Shown: positions 1 to 10,455, counted from the first letter of the stretch. The stretch: 64,000 nucleotides of DNA from an uncultured Candidatus Rokubacteria bacterium (GCA_963758635.1 CAVWWD010000006.1:128001-192000), one strand, 5' to 3'. Notes: generated by a model not told the origin, from the letters alone. Program-made: numbers and translations.

Positions 1-558
1 GGGCGGCTCCAGGCCCGCGAAGTGGAGATCGCGCTGGGCCGGCTCGTGCCGGTCGCGACCGCCGACGCCGGGCCGACCAGGCCGCTCCACGAGGTGCATG
101 CGCTGATCGCCGCCGCGTTCGCCGAGGACCGGACGGTGCCGACGGCGCTCCGCGAGGGCCAGGACCACGTCACGGCCATCCAGACGCTGGTGGCCGACCG
201 CGTCGGCGCCGAGCGCTCCGTGGACCTCAAGCCGCTCACCCAGACCCTCGGCAGCCTCATCGAGGCCTGCGATGTGGCGCTGGGCGTGGGCAACGCCGCC
301 GGCGAGGGCTCGGAGGAGGAGACGAACGGCGGCCCAACGGTGATCAAGGGCGAGCTCCGGAGCCGGCAGGAGGCGATCCGTGCCCTCGATCTGGTCTGCC
401 GCTACCTGGAGCGCCACGAGCCGACCAACCCCGCGCCGCTGTTCATCCGGCGGGCCCAGCGGCTGATGACGAAGAACTTCATGGACATCGTGAAGGATCT
501 GCTGCCCGACAGCCTGGCCAACCTCGAGCGGCTGACCGGCGAGCCGGAGACCAAGTAG
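1..558 (+). CDS. tssA: T6SS TssA/ImpA, C-terminal part (5' end outside window)
   Basis: C-terminal motif SRQEAIRALDLVCRYLERHEPTNPAPLFIRRAQRL; directly upstream of tssB. Confidence 0.9.
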   Translation, partial: GRLQAREVEIALGRLVPVATADAGPTRPLHEVHALIAAAFAEDRTVPTALREGQDHVTAIQTLVADRVGAERSVDLKPLTQTLGSLIEACDVALGVGNAAGEGSEEETNGGPTVIKGELRSRQEAIRALDLVCRYLERHEPTNPAPLFIRRAQRLMTKNFMDIVKDLLPDSLANLERLTGEPETK

Positions 559-583
559 GGCTCACGCCCCAAGGAGGTACGAG

Positions 584-1108
584 ATGGCACGAGCGAGCAG
601 CCAGAAGTTCATCGCGCGCAACCGCGCGCCCCGGGTCCAGATCGAGTACGACGTGGAGCTCTACGGAGCGGAGAAGAAGATCCAGCTCCCGTTCGTGATG
701 GGGGTCATGGCCAACCTGTCGGGCAAGCCCGCGGAGGCGCTCCCCGACGTGGCCGACCGGAAGTTCCTCGACGTCGACATCGACAACTTCGACCAGCGCC
801 TCAAGGCCATGAAGCCCCGGGTCGCCTTCCAGGTGCCGAACACCCTCACCGGCGACGGCAACCTGATGGTCGATCTGACGTTCGACAGCATGGACGACTT
901 CTCGCCCGCCGCGGTGGCCCGGAAGGTCGACTCCCTGCGCAAGCTCCTCGAGGCGCGCCAGCAGCTGTCGAACCTGCTCACCTACATGGACGGCAAGACC
1001 GGCGCCGAGTCGCTGATCCGGCAGCTGCTGCAGGATCCCGCGCTCCTCCAGGCGCTCGCCTCCACCCCCAAGCCCGAGGCCGCGGCGGAAGCCGGGCCCC
1101 CGGCGTAG
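584..1108 (+). CDS. tssB: T6SS contractile sheath small subunit
   Basis: SSQKFIARNRAPRVQIEYDVELYGAEKKIQLPFVMGV; AAGGAGG RBS. Confidence 0.97.
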   Translation: MARASSQKFIARNRAPRVQIEYDVELYGAEKKIQLPFVMGVMANLSGKPAEALPDVADRKFLDVDIDNFDQRLKAMKPRVAFQVPNTLTGDGNLMVDLTFDSMDDFSPAAVARKVDSLRKLLEARQQLSNLLTYMDGKTGAESLIRQLLQDPALLQALASTPKPEAAAEAGPPA

Positions 1109-1123
1109 CGGAGAGGGCAGGCC

Positions 1124-2611
1124 ATGGCGACACAAGAACAGTCCGGCGGCCAGGCAAAGGGGGTCGAGGTCTCAGAGCTGGGGTCGCTCCTCCAGAAGGA
1201 GTTCAAGCCGCGCTCCGATGCCGCCAAGGAAGCGGTCGAGACCGCCGTCCGCACGCTCGCCGAGCAGGCCCTGTCGCAGAGCACGGTGATCTCCTCGGAC
1301 GTGATCGCGACGATCGAGTCGATCATCGCCGCGCTCGACAAGAAGCTGTCCGAGCAGGTCAACCTGATCATGCACCACAAGGACTTCCAGGAGCTGGAAG
1401 GCGCCTGGCGCGGTCTCGCCTACCTGGTGAACAACACCGAGACCGACGAGATGCTGAAGATCCGCGTGATGAACATCTCCAAGGCCGACCTCGCCCGGAA
1501 CCTCCGCCGCTACAAGGGCACGGCCTGGGACCAGAGCCCGATCTTCAAGAAGGTGTACGAGGCCGAGTACGGCCAGTTCGGCGGCGAGCCGTTCGGGGCC
1601 ATCGTCGGCGACTACGCGTTCGACCACACCCCGCCCGACGTGGAGCTCCTGAGCTCGATGGCGCAGGTCGGCGCCGCGGCACACTGCCCGTTCATCGCGG
1701 GCGTTTCGCCCACCCTGATGCAGATGGGGAGCTGGCAGGAGCTCGCCAACCCCCGCGACATCACCAAGATCTTCAGCACCCCGGAGTACGCGCCGTGGCG
1801 CTCGCTCCGCGACTCCGAGGACTCGCGCTACATCGGCCTCGCCATGCCCCGCTTCCTGGGCCGCTATCCCTACGGCAAGGCCAACCCCGTCGAGGAGTTC
1901 GACTTCCAGGAGGAGACCGAGGGCGCCCACCACGACAAGTTCACGTGGGTGAACTCGGCCTACGCCATGGCCGTGAACATCACGCGATCGTTCAAGCTCT
2001 ACGGCTGGTGCTCGCGCATTCGCGGGGTGGAGTCGGGGGGCGCCGTCGAGGGCCTGCCCGTGCACACCTTCCCGACCGACGACGGCGGCGTGGACATGAA
2101 GTGCCCCACGGAGATCGCCATCAGCGACCGCCGCGAGGCCGAGCTCGCCAAGGCCGGCCTCATGCCGCTCCTGCACAGGAAAAACACGGACATCGCCGCG
2201 TTCATCGGCGCGCAGTCGCTGCAGAAGCCGGCGGAGTACACCGATCCCGACGCGACGGCCAACGCCAACCTGTCGGCGCGGCTGCCGTACCTCTTCGCGG
2301 CCAACCGCTTCGCGCACTATCTCAAGTGCATCGTGCGCGACAAGATCGGCTCCTTCCGCGAGCGCAACGACATGCAGACGTGGCTGAACAACTGGATCAC
2401 GCAGTACGTGCTGAGCAACCCCGGTTCGGCGGGCGAAGAGACGAAGGCCCAGTACCCACTGGCCGCCGCCGAGGTGACGGTCGAGGAGGTCGAGGGCAAT
2501 CCCGGTTACTATCGGTCGCGGTTCTACCTCCGGCCGCACTATCAGCTCGAGGGCTTGAGCGTGTCGCTGCGCCTGGTCTCCAAGCTTCCGTCGGTGAAGA
2601 GTGGCGGATGA
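1124..2611 (+). CDS. tssC: T6SS contractile sheath large subunit
   Basis: FQELEGAWRGL, EYGQFGGEPFG, KCPTEIAISDRRE, LRPHYQLEGL motifs. Confidence 0.97.
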   Translation: MATQEQSGGQAKGVEVSELGSLLQKEFKPRSDAAKEAVETAVRTLAEQALSQSTVISSDVIATIESIIAALDKKLSEQVNLIMHHKDFQELEGAWRGLAYLVNNTETDEMLKIRVMNISKADLARNLRRYKGTAWDQSPIFKKVYEAEYGQFGGEPFGAIVGDYAFDHTPPDVELLSSMAQVGAAAHCPFIAGVSPTLMQMGSWQELANPRDITKIFSTPEYAPWRSLRDSEDSRYIGLAMPRFLGRYPYGKANPVEEFDFQEETEGAHHDKFTWVNSAYAMAVNITRSFKLYGWCSRIRGVESGGAVEGLPVHTFPTDDGGVDMKCPTEIAISDRREAELAKAGLMPLLHRKNTDIAAFIGAQSLQKPAEYTDPDATANANLSARLPYLFAANRFAHYLKCIVRDKIGSFRERNDMQTWLNNWITQYVLSNPGSAGEETKAQYPLAAAEVTVEEVEGNPGYYRSRFYLRPHYQLEGLSVSLRLVSKLPSVKSGG

Positions 2612-2699
2612 TTTGCAACGCGGAGTGAGCAGTCAGCGCGCGGTCGGGAGCCGCACGCAACCCTGAACAAGCAGGACGACCAAAAGGAGGCGGGGCGCC

Positions 2700-3182
2700 A
2701 TGGCAGTGGACATCTTCATCAAGATCGGTGACGTGAAGGGCGAGGCGAAGGATGCCGTGCACAAGGGGGAGATCGACGTGCTCGCGTGGAGCTGGGGCAT
2801 GAACCAGCCGGGCTCGGGTCACGTCGGAGGCGGTCTCGGCACGGGGAAGGTCAACGTGCAGGACCTGTCCTTGACGAAGTACATCGACCTGTCGTCCCCC
2901 GACCTCATGCTGGCGTGCTGCAACGGCAAGCACTACCCCGAGGCGAAGCTCACCGTGCGGAAGGCCGGTGAGAACCCCCTCGAGTACCTCGTGATCAAGT
3001 TGACGGACGTGATGATCACCTCCGTGTCGACGGGGGGCTCGGGCAGCAACGACCGGCTGACCGAGAACGTCTCGCTCAACTTCGCGAAGGTGAACGTGGA
3101 CTACGTGGAGCAGCTCGCCGGCGGCGGCAAGGGTGGCACGCCGAAGATGGGCTGGGACGTCGAGGCCAACAAGAAGCTGTAG
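2700..3182 (+). CDS. hcp: Hcp tube protein
   Basis: MAVDIFIKIGDVKGEAKD..HKGEIDVLAWSWG, ENVSLNFAKV; AGGAGG RBS. Confidence 0.97.
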   Translation: MAVDIFIKIGDVKGEAKDAVHKGEIDVLAWSWGMNQPGSGHVGGGLGTGKVNVQDLSLTKYIDLSSPDLMLACCNGKHYPEAKLTVRKAGENPLEYLVIKLTDVMITSVSTGGSGSNDRLTENVSLNFAKVNVDYVEQLAGGGKGGTPKMGWDVEANKKL

Positions 3183-3261
3183 GTTCTCCGCGCACGGCCG
3201 GCGCCGCCCGGGCTGGGAATCGGCCCGCGGCGGCGCCGGCGACGCGCCAGGATCCCCTGCC

Positions 3262-4059
3262 ATGCCTGCCGAGGAAAGCCTCCGTGACGGCCGTGTGAAG
3301 GACGCGCTGACCGAGCTGCAGGATCAGGTCCGCAAGGACCCCGGCAACTCGGGCTACCGCGTCTTCCTCTTCCAGCTCCTGTGCGTGCTCGGCGACTGGG
3401 ACCGGGCGCGGGATCAGCTCAAGGTGCTGGCCGACCTCGACGCCGGCTCCCTCGCCCTCGTCCACGTCTACGGCGCGGCGGTGAGCTGCGAGGAGCTGCG
3501 GCGCGACGTGTTCGCGGGCACGCGCACCCCGCTCGTGCTCGGCGAGCCGCTGCCGTGGCTGGCTCTCCTCTTCCAGGCGCTGGCCACGACCGGGCCCGAC
3601 GCCGCGGTCAGGGCCAAGACGATCCGCGCCGAGGCGTTCGAGCAGGCGGTGGCGGTGCCCGGCGCGGTCGACGGCAAGGAGTTCGAGTGGATCGCCGACG
3701 CCGACCCGCGGGTGGGACCGGTGTGCGAGGCGATCATCGACGGCCGCTACTACTGGGTGCCGTTCGAGCGCATCCAGGCGGTGACGATCGAGGCCCCCTC
3801 CGCGCTGCGCGACAAGGTGTGGGCGCCCGCCACCCTGACCCTCGCCAACGGTGGCCAGACGGCGGCCCTCCTGCCCGCGCGCTACCCGGGCTCGGAGGCT
3901 TCCGGCGACGGTCTCATCCAGCTCGCGCGGAAGACGGAGTGGGACGAGGTCGCCCCCGAGACGTTCTACGGGCGCGGGCAGCGGATGCTCGCGACCGACA
4001 CCGAGGAGTACAGCCTCCTCAACGTCCGGCGCATCGACCTCCGGGGAGTGCCTGAATGA
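3262..4059 (+). CDS. tagJ: T6SS accessory protein TagJ (ImpE/SciE family)
   Basis: RVFLFQLLCVLGDWDRA, FEWIADADPRVGP, YYWVPF, LARKTEW; position between hcp and tssE. Confidence 0.92.
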   Translation: MPAEESLRDGRVKDALTELQDQVRKDPGNSGYRVFLFQLLCVLGDWDRARDQLKVLADLDAGSLALVHVYGAAVSCEELRRDVFAGTRTPLVLGEPLPWLALLFQALATTGPDAAVRAKTIRAEAFEQAVAVPGAVDGKEFEWIADADPRVGPVCEAIIDGRYYWVPFERIQAVTIEAPSALRDKVWAPATLTLANGGQTAALLPARYPGSEASGDGLIQLARKTEWDEVAPETFYGRGQRMLATDTEEYSLLNVRRIDLRGVPE

Positions 4060-4155
4060 CGGGACGACGTTGCGCGTGTACGCAGAACCGCGATGTGGCC
4101 CCGCCCGGCGACGTCGAAATCAGCTTTTCATCACAACCCATCCCGGCGGCGTGAG

Positions 4156-4659
4156 ATGGTCGAGGTCGGCGCACGCGACACGCTGCAGCCCGCCCTCCTC
4201 GACCGCCTGACCGACGACGACCCGCGCCACAAGCTGGAGGGCCGCGAGTCTCGCGTGATCAGCCGCTCCCAGCTGCGGGCCTACGTGCTGCGCGACCTGT
4301 CCTGGCTGTTCAACACCACGAACCTCTCCGCGGAAATGGACTTCACCGGCCATCCGCTCGCCGAGGCGTCGACCATCAACTATGGCCTGGTGCCGCTGTC
4401 GGGCAAGGTCATCTCGAGCCTCGACATCGGGCAGCTCGAGCAGTTGATCAAGCAGACGATCATTCGCTTCGAGCCGCGCATCCTGCCGCAGACCCTCACC
4501 GTGCGCGGCCTCACGTCGGTGGACCCCGTCGAACACCACAACGTGTTCTCGTTCGAGATCGCGGCGTCGCTCTGGGCGCAGCCCTACCCGCTGGAGCTCC
4601 TGCTCAAGACCGACCTGGACCTCGAGAGCGGGGAGGTCCACATCGCCGAGGGGCGCTGA
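4156..4659 (+). CDS. tssE: T6SS baseplate gp25-like subunit
   Basis: LQPALLDRLTDDDP, VLRDLSWLFNT, IIRFEPRI. Confidence 0.93.
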   Translation: MVEVGARDTLQPALLDRLTDDDPRHKLEGRESRVISRSQLRAYVLRDLSWLFNTTNLSAEMDFTGHPLAEASTINYGLVPLSGKVISSLDIGQLEQLIKQTIIRFEPRILPQTLTVRGLTSVDPVEHHNVFSFEIAASLWAQPYPLELLLKTDLDLESGEVHIAEGR

Positions 4660-4660
4660 T

Positions 4661-4820
4661 GAGCCTCGCAGGATACGGTAGTCGTCACGGGCCTCTACAA
4701 TCCCCCCTCTGCGGCGTCAGTCCGATACGCGGGGCTCTATAGTGAGACTCGCAGAATGCGCTAACCGTCACGGGCCTCTACAATCCTACCTTTGCGGCGT
4801 TAGTCTGATGCGCGGGGCTC
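4661..4820 (+). repeat. Two tandem copies (4661-4737, 4744-4820) of a 77-nt element with short terminal inverted repeats
   Basis: Shared core GTCACGGGCCTCTACAATCC...TGCGGCGT(C/T)AGTC(C/T)GAT(A/G)CGCGGGGCTC; 83-bp period; third copy at 21279-21355. Confidence 0.9.
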
Positions 4821-4825
4821 TCTAG

Positions 4826-6712
4826 ATGGATCCGCGGCTCCTGCGCTACTACACGCAGGAACTGCAGTACATCCGCGAGATGGGCGCGGAGTTCGCCGCG
4901 CGCTTCCCGAAGATCGCGGCCCGGCTGGCCCTCGACGCGACGGAGGTGGCCGACCCCTACGTCGAGCGCCTCCTCGAAGGGTTCAGCTTCCTGTCCGCGC
5001 GGGTCCGGTTGAAGCTCGACTCGGAGTTCCCAAGGTTCGCGCAGCACCTGCTCGACGTGGTGTATCCGCACTACCTCGCGCCCACGCCCGCCATGGTAAT
5101 CGCGCAGTTCATCCCCATCCTGACCGATCCCGCGCTGGCCACCGGCTTCCTGCTGCCGCGCGGCACCGAGATCCGCGGGCACATCCCCCGGGGCGAGGTG
5201 ACGCCGTGCCAGTTCCGTACCGCGCACGACGTCACGCTGTGGCCGATCGAGGTCGTGGAGGCGCGCTACGTCCCGCAGGCGCCCGACCTCCCCCTCACCT
5301 CGCTGCCCATCCGGGAGCCGATCCGCGGGGTGCTGCGGCTCCGCCTGCGCACCCCGGCGGGGCTTCCCGTGCAGAAGGTCGCCCTCGACCGCCTGACCCT
5401 CTACCTGTCGGGGAGCGACGACGGCGCGCTCAAGCTCTACGAGCTGCTCCTCGGCAGCGGGCTCGGCGTCCTCGTGACGCCGCCCGGCCGTCCGGTGGCG
5501 TGGTCGGAGTGGCAGGGCCGGCAGGCCATCCAGCCCGGCGGCTTCGCGCCCGAGCAGGCGCTCCTGCCGTACACGAACCGCTCGCTCAGCGGCTACCGGC
5601 TGCTGCACGAGTACTTCGCCTTCCCCGACCGCTACCGCTTCATCGAGCTGACCGGCCTCCAGAAGGCGTTCGCCCGCCAGCCCGGTCAGGAGATCGAGAT
5701 CGCGGTGCCTCTCGGGCGCGGCGACCCCACGCTGGCCTCGCTCGTGGACCGTGGCAGCTTCACGCTGCACTGCACGCCCGCCATCAACCTCTTCCCGCGG
5801 CGGGGCGACCGGATCCACGTGACGGATCAGTACGCGGAGCAGCACGTCGTGGTGGACCGCACGCGGCCGATGGACTTCGAGGTGTACTCGGTCGAGCGCG
5901 TAACCGGCTACGGCGAGGGCTCGGACACCGAGCAGGAGTTCCGGCCGTTCTATTCCTCCGTGGACGCCGACCGCGCCTCCGCGGGCGGCTACTTCTCGGT
6001 GCGCCGCGAGCCGCGAGCCCTGTCCGAGCAGCAGCGGCGGGACGGGGCGCGGACCGGGTACATCGGCACCGAGGTGTCCCTGTCGCTGGTCGATCCCCGC
6101 GAGGCCCCGTACTCCGGCCGCATCCGTCAGCTCGCCATCGAGGTGCTCGCGGCCAACCGTGACCTGCCGCTCCTCATGCCGGTGGGCAGCGCCTCCGACT
6201 TCAGCCTCAACGCCTCCGCGCCCGTGGAAGGCGTGCGGTGCCTGCGCGGCCCGACGCGCCCGCGCTCCGGCGTGCCCGACGGGGAGATCTCGTGGCGGCT
6301 CATCAACCACCTGTCGCTGAACTACCTGACGGTGACCGACCTCGACCAGGCGCAGGGCGCCACCGCGCTCCGGGAGTTCCTCGAGCTGTACGCGGACCTC
6401 GCCGACGCCGACAGCGCCGACGCGCCGGCGCGGCGCCAGGCCCTCGGGGTCCGGCGCGTCGTGGTCAGCCCGCGCACCCGGCGGCTGCCGGTGCCCGGGC
6501 CCATCGTGTTCGCCCGGGGCCTGGAGGTCCAGCTCACCGTCGACGAGACGGCCTTCGCCGGCGGCAGCGCGTACCTGCTCGGCGCGGTGCTCGAGCAGGT
6601 GTTCGGGCGGCTCGCGTCGATGAACACGTTCAGCGAGCTCGTGCTCGTGTCCGAGACCCGGGGGGAGATCAAGCGATGGCCGCCACGGATGGCCACGCGG
6701 CAGCTCGCCTAG
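4826..6712 (+). CDS. tssF: T6SS baseplate subunit TssF
   Basis: MDPRLLRYY..EL, DPYVERLLEGF, GYRLLHEYFAFP, CTPAINLF, WRLINHLSLNYL. Confidence 0.96.
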   Translation: MDPRLLRYYTQELQYIREMGAEFAARFPKIAARLALDATEVADPYVERLLEGFSFLSARVRLKLDSEFPRFAQHLLDVVYPHYLAPTPAMVIAQFIPILTDPALATGFLLPRGTEIRGHIPRGEVTPCQFRTAHDVTLWPIEVVEARYVPQAPDLPLTSLPIREPIRGVLRLRLRTPAGLPVQKVALDRLTLYLSGSDDGALKLYELLLGSGLGVLVTPPGRPVAWSEWQGRQAIQPGGFAPEQALLPYTNRSLSGYRLLHEYFAFPDRYRFIELTGLQKAFARQPGQEIEIAVPLGRGDPTLASLVDRGSFTLHCTPAINLFPRRGDRIHVTDQYAEQHVVVDRTRPMDFEVYSVERVTGYGEGSDTEQEFRPFYSSVDADRASAGGYFSVRREPRALSEQQRRDGARTGYIGTEVSLSLVDPREAPYSGRIRQLAIEVLAANRDLPLLMPVGSASDFSLNASAPVEGVRCLRGPTRPRSGVPDGEISWRLINHLSLNYLTVTDLDQAQGATALREFLELYADLADADSADAPARRQALGVRRVVVSPRTRRLPVPGPIVFARGLEVQLTVDETAFAGGSAYLLGAVLEQVFGRLASMNTFSELVLVSETRGEIKRWPPRMATRQLA

Positions 6713-7734
6713 CCCTCTACGAGGCCCTCGCCGCCGCGCCGTGGTCGTTCGACCTCTTCCAGGCGCTCAGGCGGATCGAGGGCGTGCACCCCGAGCTGCC
6801 GCGGCTCGGCATGGGCGTGCGGCCATCGGAGGAGCCCGTGCGCCTGTCCCAGGAGGCGTCGATGGCCTTCGCGCCCTCGACGGTGTCGGCCTTCGAGGAG
6901 CAGGACGGCGGCGGCCCGCCGCGCCTCGAGCAGCGCGTGTTCGGGCTGCTCGGCCCCAACGGCCCCCTGCCGCTGCATCTCACCGAGTACACGCGAGCCC
7001 GGCTGCTCCACCACGACGACCCGACGCTCTTGCGGTTCATGGACCTGTTCCACCATCGGCTCGGGCTCTTCTTCTACCGCGCGTGGGCCGAGTCCCGCCC
7101 CACCGTGCAGCACGACCGGCCCACGCAGGACCGGTTCGCGCGCTACGTGGGGTCGTTCGCCGGGTATGCCTCGCCGGCCATGCGGTCCCGCGACGCGGTG
7201 CCCGATCACGCGAAGCTCTTCTTCGTGGGCCACCTCTCGCGGAGCGCGAAGAACGCGGAGGGCCTCGCCTCCATCCTCGCCGGCTACTTCCGGCTGCCCG
7301 CGCGTGTCGACCAGTTCACGCTGGGCTGGCTCGAGCTGCCCGTGGACCAGCGGACGGTGCTCGGCCCCGAGGAACGGCCGAGCTCGATCCTCGGCCAGGG
7401 CATCGTGGTGGGCCGCCGCGTGCGAGACGCGCAGACGCGGTTCCGCGCCGTGCTCGGGCCGATGCGCCTCGACCGGTACGAGGACTTCCTCCCCGGCGCG
7501 CAGAGCCTCGACCGGCTCGTGGACTGGGTCCGCAACTACGTCGGGTACGAGTTCGACTGGGAGGTGCAGCTGGTGCTGGCGCGCGACGAGGTGCCCGGCA
7601 TCCAGCTCGGCGTGCAGGGACGGCTCGGGTGGACGACGTGGCTCGGCGCGCGCCCCAGCCCCACCGATGCCGACGACCTCATCCTGGCCCCGGAACGCAT
7701 GCGGCTCCGCGAGCGTCCGCTCGCCGCAGCCTAG
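6676..7734 (+). CDS. tssG: T6SS baseplate subunit TssG
   Basis: FDLFQALRRIE, FGLLGPNGPLPLHLTE, FMDLFHHR, LGWTTWLG; overlaps tssF end. Confidence 0.95.
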   Translation: MAATDGHAAARLALYEALAAAPWSFDLFQALRRIEGVHPELPRLGMGVRPSEEPVRLSQEASMAFAPSTVSAFEEQDGGGPPRLEQRVFGLLGPNGPLPLHLTEYTRARLLHHDDPTLLRFMDLFHHRLGLFFYRAWAESRPTVQHDRPTQDRFARYVGSFAGYASPAMRSRDAVPDHAKLFFVGHLSRSAKNAEGLASILAGYFRLPARVDQFTLGWLELPVDQRTVLGPEERPSSILGQGIVVGRRVRDAQTRFRAVLGPMRLDRYEDFLPGAQSLDRLVDWVRNYVGYEFDWEVQLVLARDEVPGIQLGVQGRLGWTTWLGARPSPTDADDLILAPERMRLRERPLAAA

Positions 7735-7742
7735 GAGAGACC

Positions 7743-10400
7743 ATGGCGGAGATCGGCCGCGCGGCGTTGTTCGGCAAGCTCAACCCGCTGATGTACAAGG
7801 CGGTGGACGGCGCGGTGACGTTCTGCAAGCTGCGCGGGAACCCGCGGATCGAGCTCGCCCACTGGCTCTTCCAGATCCTGCACCTCCCGGATTCCGACCT
7901 GCACCGCATCCTGCGCCACTTCGAGGTGGACTCGGGACGGCTCGTCGCGGACCTCCAGGCCACGCTCGAGCGGCTGCCGCGCGGCGCGTCGGGGATCGAG
8001 GACTTCTCCGAGCACGTGCCCGAGGCGGTGAAGGAAGCGTGGATGTACGGGACGCTCCTCTTCGGCGAGACGCAGGTGCGCAGCGGCTACCTGCTCATCG
8101 GCCTCCTCAAGTACGAGCGCCTCCGCGAGGTGGTCCTCCGGATCTCGCGCGAGTTCGCCAAGGTGAAGGTCGAGGCCCTCACCGACGAGTACGCCCGCAT
8201 CGTGGGCGGCTCGCCGGAGGACGCGCAGGGCGCGTCGGACGGCTTCGCGGCGACGGCGCCCGCCGAGGGCGCGGAGGGGGGCGGGGCGATCCCCGCCGCG
8301 GCCATGGGCAAGCAGGAGGCGCTCAAGCGCTTCGCCACCGACCTCACCGCGCGGGCGCGCGCCGGCGCCATCGATCCCGTCACCGGCCGCGACGAGGAGA
8401 TCCGCCAGGTCATCGACATCCTGATGCGGCGCCGGCAGAACAACCCGATCCTCACCGGCGAGGCCGGTGTCGGGAAGACGGCGGCCGTCGAGGGCTTCGC
8501 GCTGCGCATCGCCAAGGGGGACGTGCCCCCGCAGCTCAAGGAGGTCTCGCTCTGGGCGCTCGACGTGGGCCTGCTCCAGGCCGGCGCGAGCATGAAGGGC
8601 GAGTTCGAGAGCCGGCTCCGCGCGGTGATCGACGAGGTGCAAGCCTCGCCGAAGCCCATCATCCTGTTCATCGACGAGGCGCACACCCTCATCGGCGCGG
8701 GGGGCGCGGCGGGCACCGGCGACGCCGCCAACCTGCTGAAGCCCGCGCTCGCGCGGGGCACGCTGCGGACCATCGCGGCAACGACCTGGAGCGAGTACAA
8801 GAAGTACATCGAGAAGGACCCGGCGTTGACCCGGAGGTTCCAGGTGGTGCAGATCGGCGAGCCGGACGAGGACAAGGCCCTCCTCATGCTGCGCGGCGTG
8901 GCCTCGACCCTGGAGAAGCACCACCGGGTGCAGCTCCTCGACGAGGCCCTCGACGCGGCGGTCAAGCTCTCGCGCCGCTACATCCCCGCGCGGCAGCTCC
9001 CCGACAAGGCGGTGAGCCTGCTCGACACGACGTGCGCGCGTGTCGCGGTGAGCCAGCACGCCACCCCGCCCGAGGTCGAGGACTCGCGCCGGCGCGGGGA
9101 GGCGCTCGAGACCGAGCTGGCGATCATCGAGCGCGAGGACGCGGCGGGCTTCGACACGGGCACGCGCCGGGCCGACGCGGAGGGCAAGCTCGCGACCGAG
9201 AAGGAGCGCCTCGGCGTCCTCGAGCAGCGCTGGAGCGAGGAGCAGACGCTCGTCGACCGCATCCTCGAGCTGCGCCGCCAGCTCCGCGACGAGGCCAAGG
9301 AGCCGGCCGAGCGGGAGACGCGCCTCACCGAGCTGCGCGAGCTCCAGGGCAAGCTCGGCAGCCTGCAGGGCGAGAGTCCCCTCATCCTGCCCAGCGTGGA
9401 CGCGCAGGCCGTCGCGTCGGTGGTGGCGGACTGGACGGGCGTCCCGGTGGGACGGATGGTCAAGAACGAGGCGGAGGCCATCCTCCGGCTCGCCGACACG
9501 CTGAGCGGGCGCGTGATCGGGCAGCGTCACGGCCTCGAGATGATCGCCCGGCGCCTGCAGACCTCGCGCGCGCGCCTGGACAACCCCAACAAGCCCATCG
9601 GCGTGTTCCTCCTCGTGGGCCCCTCCGGCGTGGGCAAGACGGAGACGGCGCTGGCGCTGGCCGAGGCCCTCTACGGCGGCGAGGAGAACGTGATCACGAT
9701 CAACATGAGCGAGTTCCAGGAGGCGCACACCGTCTCCACGCTCAAGGGCGCGCCGCCCGGCTACGTGGGCTACGAGCGCGGCGGTGTCCTCACGGAGGCG
9801 GTGCGGCGGCGGCCCTACAGCATCGTCCTCCTCGACGAGGTCGAGAAGGCGCACGCCGACGTGCACGAGATGTTCTACCAGGTGTTCGACAAGGGGTGGA
9901 TGGAGGACAGCGACGGCCGCTACATCGACTTCAAGAACACCGTGATCCTGCTCACGTCGAACGTGGGCACGGACCTGGTGGCGAACCTCTGCAAGGACCC
10001 CGCGCTCAAACCCGAGCCCGAGGCCCTCGCCCGCGCCGTGCGCGAGCCGCTGCGCAAGGTGTTCCCGCCCGCGCTCCTCGGGCGGCTGGTCGTGATCCCG
10101 TACTACCCGCTCGCCGACGAGATCCTCGGCGACATCGTCCGCCTGCAGCTCGACCGCATCGTGCGCCGCATCGGCGAGCACCACAAGGTGCCGCTCACGT
10201 ACGACGACGCCGTGGTGAAGCTCGTGGTGTCCCGCTGCACGGAGGTGGAGAGCGGCGGGCGCATGATCGACGCGCTCCTCACCAACACCATCCTCCCGCG
10301 CATCAGCACCGAGTACCTCACCCGGGCGATGGAGAGCCGGCCCCTCGGCGCCATCGCGCTCGGGGTGAAGGACGGGGACTTCTCGCTGGAATTCTCCTGA
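7743..10400 (+). CDS. tssH: T6SS AAA+ ATPase ClpV
   Basis: Two Walker A motifs (GEAGVGKT, GPSGVGKT); ClpV-type N-terminus LFGKLN..FCKLRGNP; GGAG RBS. Confidence 0.96.
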   Translation: MAEIGRAALFGKLNPLMYKAVDGAVTFCKLRGNPRIELAHWLFQILHLPDSDLHRILRHFEVDSGRLVADLQATLERLPRGASGIEDFSEHVPEAVKEAWMYGTLLFGETQVRSGYLLIGLLKYERLREVVLRISREFAKVKVEALTDEYARIVGGSPEDAQGASDGFAATAPAEGAEGGGAIPAAAMGKQEALKRFATDLTARARAGAIDPVTGRDEEIRQVIDILMRRRQNNPILTGEAGVGKTAAVEGFALRIAKGDVPPQLKEVSLWALDVGLLQAGASMKGEFESRLRAVIDEVQASPKPIILFIDEAHTLIGAGGAAGTGDAANLLKPALARGTLRTIAATTWSEYKKYIEKDPALTRRFQVVQIGEPDEDKALLMLRGVASTLEKHHRVQLLDEALDAAVKLSRRYIPARQLPDKAVSLLDTTCARVAVSQHATPPEVEDSRRRGEALETELAIIEREDAAGFDTGTRRADAEGKLATEKERLGVLEQRWSEEQTLVDRILELRRQLRDEAKEPAERETRLTELRELQGKLGSLQGESPLILPSVDAQAVASVVADWTGVPVGRMVKNEAEAILRLADTLSGRVIGQRHGLEMIARRLQTSRARLDNPNKPIGVFLLVGPSGVGKTETALALAEALYGGEENVITINMSEFQEAHTVSTLKGAPPGYVGYERGGVLTEAVRRRPYSIVLLDEVEKAHADVHEMFYQVFDKGWMEDSDGRYIDFKNTVILLTSNVGTDLVANLCKDPALKPEPEALARAVREPLRKVFPPALLGRLVVIPYYPLADEILGDIVRLQLDRIVRRIGEHHKVPLTYDDAVVKLVVSRCTEVESGGRMIDALLTNTILPRISTEYLTRAMESRPLGAIALGVKDGDFSLEFS

Positions 10401-10455
10401 CGGGACCGTTCGCCGGGGTCGTGCCGCAGCTCGAGGCGCCAATGCTCGCGTCTCT

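Noticed and set aside
4661..4820. Possible CRISPR array
   Set aside because: Only two 77-nt units separated by 6 nt, no unique spacers and no cas genes.
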